Below, in pieces: positions 33,143 to 39,887 of a stretch of DNA of 39,887 bases. Below the pieces are notes generated by a model. It saw only the letters and a list, made by a program, of their open reading frames with translations. It searched no databases and was not told where the DNA came from. Every line of letters starts with the position of its first letter. Within the stretch, counting starts at the first letter, position 1. A program made the position numbers and the translations under genes. Origin of the DNA: Chiloscyllium plagiosum (taxonomy: Eukaryota); contig NC_057719.1 of NCBI RefSeq assembly GCF_004010195.1, positions 1,891,210-1,931,096 of the forward strand, read 5' to 3'.

Positions 33143-36100
33143 GTTCTTCAACATGTCCCTTGCTTAGTGTCAAATATTGTGGCCCCTGCCCACTCCTGAT
33201 GCCCATTGCCCCATTTGCTTTTGCCCTGTTCCCCCCCCCGCACTCTTTGAATTCCAACTTCTTTGGCACCATCTCCTGTTGTAACTCATTCTTATCAAGT
33301 GACCTCAAGCCTGTGGCATTCCTCATCTCCCTCGGGCCTCTCTTTCTCCAGTAGGCTGTGTGCTGTTAAAGATTTGGCAATATCTAACCTCAATGTCTCA
33401 GACATATCGCAAGTTGTCCCTCTCTTCCTGTAACCTGTGTAATTTTCTACACCCTGACTCTGTCTGTTTCATTCAATCAAGAACACTTGAACATAAATAA
33501 AGAACTCATACTTCAGTAGCACCGTTTATATCCTCAGGATGTTCCAATGTGTTTTGCAGTCAAAATGGAGAAAGTCAGGCATTTCCTACCGGTCTTAGGG
33601 AAATTTTCACAGCCTCAGAAAATATCCGGTAATTAGCCTCTGGTTGAGACTGCGAATGTTAACTTCAGGTTTAAGCACAGCCTGTACCCATTTACATCCT
33701 TAAAGGGACAGAGCTGGCTGGAGCCAAACAATACACTGAATAACAATTATAACACTCCACACCCTTATAAAATGGCGTAACATCCATGGGCGATATCATG
33801 GGGGATCTCTAGCACTGGGAAAGGAAGCATTAGCTGAAAGACTTGTAAACATTTCTGTGTCAGCTAAACCTCTCTTTATCCTCTTGAAGAATAAGGTGGG
33901 AATAAGGCAGAACATCATTCCGAATGTGATCCACGTGCAGATGGGAGCCTGTGCTAGGGAAAGAGTCATGTGTCAGACTAATTGTCTACTTTAGGATTTG
34001 CTCTGTGTACAGATGCAGTGTTCATTTGGGGCCAGAGCTGTCTGATTTGTAGGGTTATCTGTGAGGTTTCAGTGAGATTCTCCATTGCTTAGCAAAATTG
34101 GTTAACCCAGTAACCTCATCCCACCGAGAAGAGCACTTGGGAGGATATGAGTTAAAAACAGCAATTTCCTGTTAAAGTTTTCCAGCTCCTTTTAAGGAGT
34201 CATCATGTTCAGAAGTGGAAGGAAGGGCTCTACACGTTATCCTTCTTTGTGTTAGAGGTGATTTAGGATATAATACTTTAAGTGTCAGTTTCTCTAATGC
34301 ATTCTCTCTCTGGTTGTCTGCTTTCTGAATACAACCAGACTATCATTAAAAATTAACCAGTATACTGGACAGCAAGGTCACTGTGATTGATCACTGCTCC
34401 ATGCTGTCTGTTGCTTGTTCTCACCTGCTCAATGAATCAAGCAGGGGCCTACTGAAATACCAGCCACTGAAATCTGTTGAGGTGTCTGTTTCTCTTCTTT
34501 TCAGTGCCTCTCTCTCTCTCACTTTCTCTTGGGATTTTCGAACAGGGCTCGACACAGGTGTGCTACACTCCAGAGTTAAGCAGACTGCCTGCAGCTCAGC
34601 TTAGCCTTACACACTAATGATGATTGGCCATAATTAGCTTGGACTGAAAGAAACCTACACAGGGTTTTACACAGCCCCTGTGCCTGCTATTCACCTACCC
34701 CCTATTATATCCATATATTCTGACAGTAATGCTGCATCTCTCAGTGGGCTGTTAAGGTTGCGCTCTTTAGCTGGACTGGGTTATGATGGAAAAAGGGAAT
34801 GACCTGAGCTTGTGAAAGATGCCTTTCCTTCCCTCTCTGATTTCCTCCATTCCCTTTTCCTTTAAGCCGAGGACATGGCCGATTGGCAGTGATCCAGAAG
34901 GTCTCACTGGGTCCCTCTGCCTTCGGTGTACGTTGGGTATGTTATACCAATGTAGGGGGTCTGTACTCACCTGCTGAAGGTGCTGCACCCATTACCAACT
35001 TTGTGTCAAATTTCTTATGTCCTCTGTGTGAGGTGTTCAGGCTCACAACCGAACCTCGAGTTGAATGTGGTGGATATTGAGCAATGAACAAGAAGGGATT
35101 TCGATGAAGTCATGATGAAGGGAAATTGAAGTCTCATGCTGCACTGAGTCTTTGCAAACCAGACTCATGCTAGCAATGAGTGTCCCAAGCTGCAGACTAT
35201 AGTGCAGCTGTCAGTTGATTTGCTTCTCGAGTTAGCACCCTGCCTATTCTTGCCCGATCTAAAATAGTGAAAATAAGCAGGTAATTCAGTCAGTTAGAAG
35301 GCGAAGGCAGTGCTGAAGAGGGGGATAATTTCACAACACAACCTTATCCTCTACCAGTTCAAATCTGCACATGCCTACCTCCCAGCAGTTCATTGGCTAG
35401 TAACCAGAAACCAGGACTTGCAACCTATTTCATCCTCTCTGGCTCAGGAACCTTAAGAGAAACTCAATTTCCTGACTGCTAGCCCACACTTGGATGCCTA
35501 AGTCTAACTAAAGTTTGGGATTTTACTGAGTCATGTGACTTTTTAATTCACTGGGCTGTTCATTCACAAAGTGATCATCTTTGTCAACCCCATTCACTGC
35601 TCCATTCATGTGAAATCCCAAATATCCAGTTGGAAAGCTTCAAACATGCCTCTGAGCAAGAAAATAAAAGGGAATTTTAATTGTTGTGGAACTTCTTTGC
35701 TTTGAAGATTACTGCAGGGTTTAATTGATGCTGTTGTCTTTGACTAGCACCTGGTGCAAGATGACTCCACCATCTAAACACTGGATTATTTTGTTTCCCC
35801 ACTTTCTGTTGCGTAACCACATTCTTGTGTGATATGATCTTCAAACTTTCATCGAATTATAGACACATTAATTGCTCACGTGTTAATCATCAAATGGCCA
35901 CCTGTCAACCTAAGCTTGGCCTTGCACCTTCCTGAGAATGTGATTACACAAGAGAATGTGTACAGGGACTGTTCCTGGCGTCTGGAATCCTGGCACAGCT
36001 GCTGGTTGGTAACACGGCACAGTGCAGCATGCGTGCTTTTTGTGTTATATGGCACTGTCACCACATTCCAGCAGGGAGTGCCAAGATGTTTGGTCTTGCC

Positions 36101-36429
36101 TGAATGTTCCTGTTTGCTCCCTGTTCCTCTCCTGCCTCTTGCACAAACCCATTGTAGTCCCTCCTGCTCATTTCATTCCCAAATGCTCCCTGATTTTGCT
36201 GCTTCCTGGCCATTCCCACTGTACTCCCCACGCATCTACTTGCTGCATCCCTGCTTAGTTTTGTGCTGCAGATACCCCAGCTCCTGCTCATTACTCCTCT
36301 GGACCTTCCTTTGCATTCCCCTGTCAGAGATATTTGATGCTTTACAGAGGAGCACCTAGACAGAGGTTTGCAAGAGTGATCAAAATAGCAAGCTACCCAT
36401 CAAGGATAACTTTACACTAAGAAGAGGAG

Positions 36430-36660
36430 GTGCTGGAGAAACTCAGCAGGTCTGGCAGCATCTGTGGAGTGAGAATCAGTTCACATTTCGAATCTTGTAT
36501 GACTGTTCTTTCGAGCCTCCCAATCCTGAAGAGGAGCCCTACTGGACTTGAAATGTTAACTCTTTTTCCATCCCCACAAATGCTGCCAGACCTGCTGAGT
36601 TTCTCCAGCAATTTCTGTTTTTGTTTCAGATCTCCAGCAACCACGGTACTTTGGTTTTAG
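36430..36660. mobile_element. Palindromic Penelope-like terminal fragment (inverted arms) with decayed hammerhead motifs
   Basis: TGCTGGAGAAACTCAGCAGGTCTGGCAGCAT (36431-36461) is the reverse complement of 36580-36610. CTGAAGA...GAAATGTTAACTC lies at 36526-36562. Confidence 0.8.
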
Positions 36661-36809
36661 TTTAGAGGATAATTTTACCCTTGAGAATACAATAAAGGAG
36701 TGTTGTTGGTAATTTAAGTTACAAGCGGTGAACTGGTGTGATTATGAAAGAGAACTTAAAAATTGATTGTAGAAAGTTGTTCTTTATGGCAAAAAAGTTC
36801 AAACGCAAG

Positions 36810-37125
36810 TTTTTTTTATTCATTCATGGGCCAGCATTTATTGCCCATCCCTAATTACCCAGAGAGCAGTTAGGAGTCAACCACATTGCTATGGGTCTGG
36901 AGTCTCAGGTAGGCCAGACCAGTTAAAGATGGCAGTTTCCTTTCCTAAAGGACATTAGTGACCCAGATGGTTTCCAACAATTGATTCATGGTCACCATTA
37001 GACCCTCAATTCTAGATTTTTGTTGAATTCGCCATCTGCTGTGGCAGAATCCAAACCACAGATCCCCTGAACATTACCTGGGGCACTGGATTAACAGTCC
37101 AGTGATGAATCCACGAGGCCACCCG
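36810..37125 (-). mobile_element. tRNA-derived SINE (same family as 16310-16700)
   Basis: Shares TTGCCCATCCCTAATT...CAACCACATTGCT.TGGGT.TGGAGTC...TAGGCCAGA...CTAAAGG.CA.TA.TGA with that copy; A-rich tail on minus. Confidence 0.75.
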
Positions 37126-37309
37126 CTATGTGATCTGTCGAAAACATAACCATTTATGAAGATGGATCAATCTTCTGTTTGCAGGAAGAATGATGGCAGT
37201 CTGAACTTGATGATCAGCCAGGGTTTCAAAGAAGCACTGGAAATGGATTTGAGAGACGTGTTTCGGGAGAAAGGAGAAACTGAGTGTTATGGTGAGAAAA
37301 TGCCAACCA

Positions 37310-37690
37310 TGGTCGGTGATAATATTCCTGTCTCTGAGTCAGATTTGTGCGTTCAAATCCCACCTCAGAGATCTGAGCACAGAACTCCAGACTGAGGGAG
37401 TGCTGCATTGTTGGAGGTGCCGTTTTTTAGACGAGACTGAGGCCCCTGTCTGTCCTCTTGGTCAATACAAAACCTCCTACAACTCTGTTCAATACAAGCA
37501 AGAGAGCTGCCCCCAGTCTCCTGGTTAATATTTATCATTTGACCAACACCATTGGCAACTGATGATCTTGATTATTACCATGTCACTATTTGAGGGAGCT
37601 TGCTTTTTGCAAATTGAGTGTTGTATTTTCTTTATTAGAACACTGATGACACCTCAAAAGTACTTCATTGGCTGTAAAACATGTTCTGAA
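37310..37690 (+). mobile_element. Deu-domain SINE (SacSINE1/AmnSINE1-like), degenerate
   Basis: tRNA-like head (CTCTGAGTCAGA..GTTCAAATCCCAC), then GAGGGAGTGCTGCATTGTTGGAGGTGCCGTTTTTTAGACGAGAC, then the tail CAAAAGTACTTCATTGGCTGTAAA. Assigned from recalled family consensus. Confidence 0.68.
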
Positions 37691-37799
37691 AGAAACTTTA
37701 GAAATGATGACTTTTTTGGATAGAGTTGGGGAATATGCTGAGAGTAATTAAATTTCTATTGTATGATTTGCTATTATTGGTGTCTTGTGCTCACGTGTA

Positions 37800-37974
37800 C
37801 AGAGGAACCTCGATTATCCGGCATTCGATTATCTGAATTTCAGATTATCCGGACAAGATCGCAAGGTCCCAATGCTTGGCTAAACTGTGTTAACCGGCAT
37901 TCGATTAGCCAAGTATTCGATTATCCGAACAAATACTCCCTGCCCGTGTTGTTTGGACAATCGAGGTTCCTCTG
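37800..37974. mobile_element. 175-bp MITE, Tc1/mariner (pogo/Tigger-like) type
   Basis: TIRs CAGAGGAACCTCGATT(A)TCC and GGA(C)AATCGAGGTTCCTCTG, flanked by TA at 37798-37799 and 37975-37976. Internal TCGATTATCCG subrepeats. Confidence 0.92.
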
Positions 37975-38678
37975 TACTTGTATCAGCTGTCAGATGTGTA
38001 GATGTGTCTTCTCAGTTGTTCCGTCTATTTACCTGAATCCGGTAGGTTGTGCTGTGTGTTTCTGAGCTGCACTCCATGCCATGTATCTCCCACTTCTAAT
38101 GCTGATGTCCCTCTGGCTATTCATGCAGGTCTGATAGCATGGAGCAGCAAAAGGTGGTGACAGTAAAACTTCCCTTTAGCAGGAGAGTAACATTACAACA
38201 TTCATTCATGGTGTTCAGTCAACACAAGGCGATTACTGATGTGTTAAAAACTCTTCATCACTCTCCTGCCTTACCTGTGACATCTGTGTTATTTTGAGGG
38301 GAACGGTATACCAGCCTGTTGGAATGCAGCAGCTCTGACACTTCTGAATCATACAGAGGTTACTAAGTGAGGCTCATTGCTCTCTGAGAAACCTACCTGA
38401 AGTGTCATGGTGTAGCAGGTTGGGAACAATAAAGGAGAAGCTGAGGGAAGTCTGCATTGGGTGGTCAACAGCTTGTGGGAGGCAGAGAGATTAAGGGAAG
38501 GGAGCTGGTTTCCAACAGTGCAGCGATGCAGCATTCTCAGGCAGTAGAAGGTCCAATACACATTGTACTGAGCATGGATTACACATGGATAGAAGTGTTT
38601 GTGTGAATCTACTCCATCTGGAAAGATGCTACAGTCCCTCCCTTTGGCCCTGGTGTCAAGCACAGTCCAGGATGTTGA

Positions 38679-38866
38679 TGTGGTGGAGGCTGGCACAATT
38701 GCAACATTTAAGAGGCATCTGGATGGGTATATGAATAGGAAGGGTTTGGAGGGGTATGGGCTGAGTGCTGGCAGGTGGGACTAGATTGGGTTGGGATATC
38801 TGGTCGGCATGGACAGGTTGGACCGAAAGGTCTGTTTCCATGCTGTACATCTCTATGACTCTATGT
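38679..38866 (+). mobile_element. CR1 3' end fragment
   Basis: VVEAGTIATFKRHLDGYM with a CTCTATGACTCTATG tail. Confidence 0.92.
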
Positions 38867-39757
38867 TTTTCTCCAAGGGAGAAACATTGGAATGAGACTA
38901 ATTGGAGAGCCATTTGAAAATGTCATCATTTTACTCTGTGATCCTATTAATCACAAATTGTTGGAGAGCAACATCCTGATAGTAGTCCTAACATTGACTT
39001 TCATTGGATTGAACGTGTGTGCCATATTGTCCGATGCCCGAGGTTTTACATTCAATCCTTAGCTACCTTTTGTAGATTTAGAAGGGCTGTTTCCTCTGTT
39101 ACACACCTCCGGAAAAGCTCCAGTTAGTTCTTTCTTCCTGCAGCATTTCTCCACCAGCTGAAACCTCTGACCGAGACTGTCAGCTCCTCTCTGAACTCTC
39201 TCCATCCTTTTGGCTACCTCACTTGTGCCTCATTGACCACACCGGGACACTATGCACTAGTTTTAATCCACAATTCTGGGCAGTTATGTCACAGCTTTCT
39301 GTCCATTTTCGCACTGATATTCTCGTTTCTTGCTCACTCCCAGTTTCAGGTGCTTCCCCATTAGGCAGTGGTTGGACTAGTTAAACTCCACAGTTGGATG
39401 AGTTAAACTTTCGGTCGAGAACTCCAAGGCAGAACAGGCCTCAAGCCACTTGGAGCTCGACTCTATGTAATTCCCCTTAATGTTGCTATCTTTCCTCAGC
39501 CAACATCAATCCCACGTTTCACCCTGGATTCCTCCGCCTTCGTCCTGGAAGTTATTCTGAGGGACAGAGCAGGAATTGCAAATCCATTATCAGATGATAA
39601 TTCCAACGTCTGACACTTGGATTTGTGCAGACAGGATTGGTGAGGGCCCTGCTTCCATACTCCGATAACTATCTGCAAGGTAGACGATAAAGCAGGGGGA
39701 CACATCCAGCTTGCTTTGTCCTTTCCAGGGTTTCTGCTGCACACTCCCTGCTCCATT

Positions 39758-39887
39758 TACTATCCCACCCAGTCTAGCCCCACTCCCCCCCTCACTGCCT
39801 GCTTTCCTTACTATCCCACCCAGTCTAGCCCCACTCCCCCCCTCACTGCCTGCACTCCTTACTATCCCACCCAGTCTAACCCCACTC
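39758..39887. repeat. 51-bp C-rich tandem repeat, ~2.5 copies, running off the window end
   Basis: TACTATCCCACCCAGTCTAGCCCCACTCCCCCCCTCACTGCCTGC starts at 39758, 39809 and 39860. Confidence 0.93.

Noticed and set aside
35880..36359. 159-aa ORF
   Set aside because: It has a non-ATG start and low-complexity L/C/P/S composition from pyrimidine-rich DNA, with no recognisable motif.

Overview
This window is eukaryotic, repeat-dominated, apparently non-genic DNA, almost certainly from an elasmobranch (shark or ray). The evidence is HE1-type V-SINEs, HER1/CR1 LINEs and a SacSINE1-like Deu-SINE. Bases 1-6006 are a G-rich, CpG-rich 24/30/31-bp satellite containing two N gaps. Bases 6007-14018 are a decayed minus-strand LTR retrotransposon with Ty3/Gypsy-type domains in the unusual Gmr1-like order gag-PR-INT-RT-RNaseH. 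It was inserted into the edge of the satellite, and a decayed satellite remnant continues at 14019-14440. Its integrase is split by a CR1 LINE, which is itself split by a 738-bp solo-LTR-like insert. The remaining ~26 kb is a mosaic of CR1, L2-like, Rex1/Babar and Penelope-like fragments, SINEs, three minisatellites (69, 70 and 51 bp), a 175-bp TA-flanked MITE, and Penelope-type minimal hammerhead ribozyme motifs. No intact protein-coding gene is supported. Nearly all listed ORFs are repeat translations or transposon remnants, and only weak candidate exons were seen. I found no convincing wholly new biological system. The best leads are the Gmr1-like element, the nested insertion stack, the hammerhead motifs and two odd small insertions. 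All family assignments come from motif recognition by eye, not from database searches.
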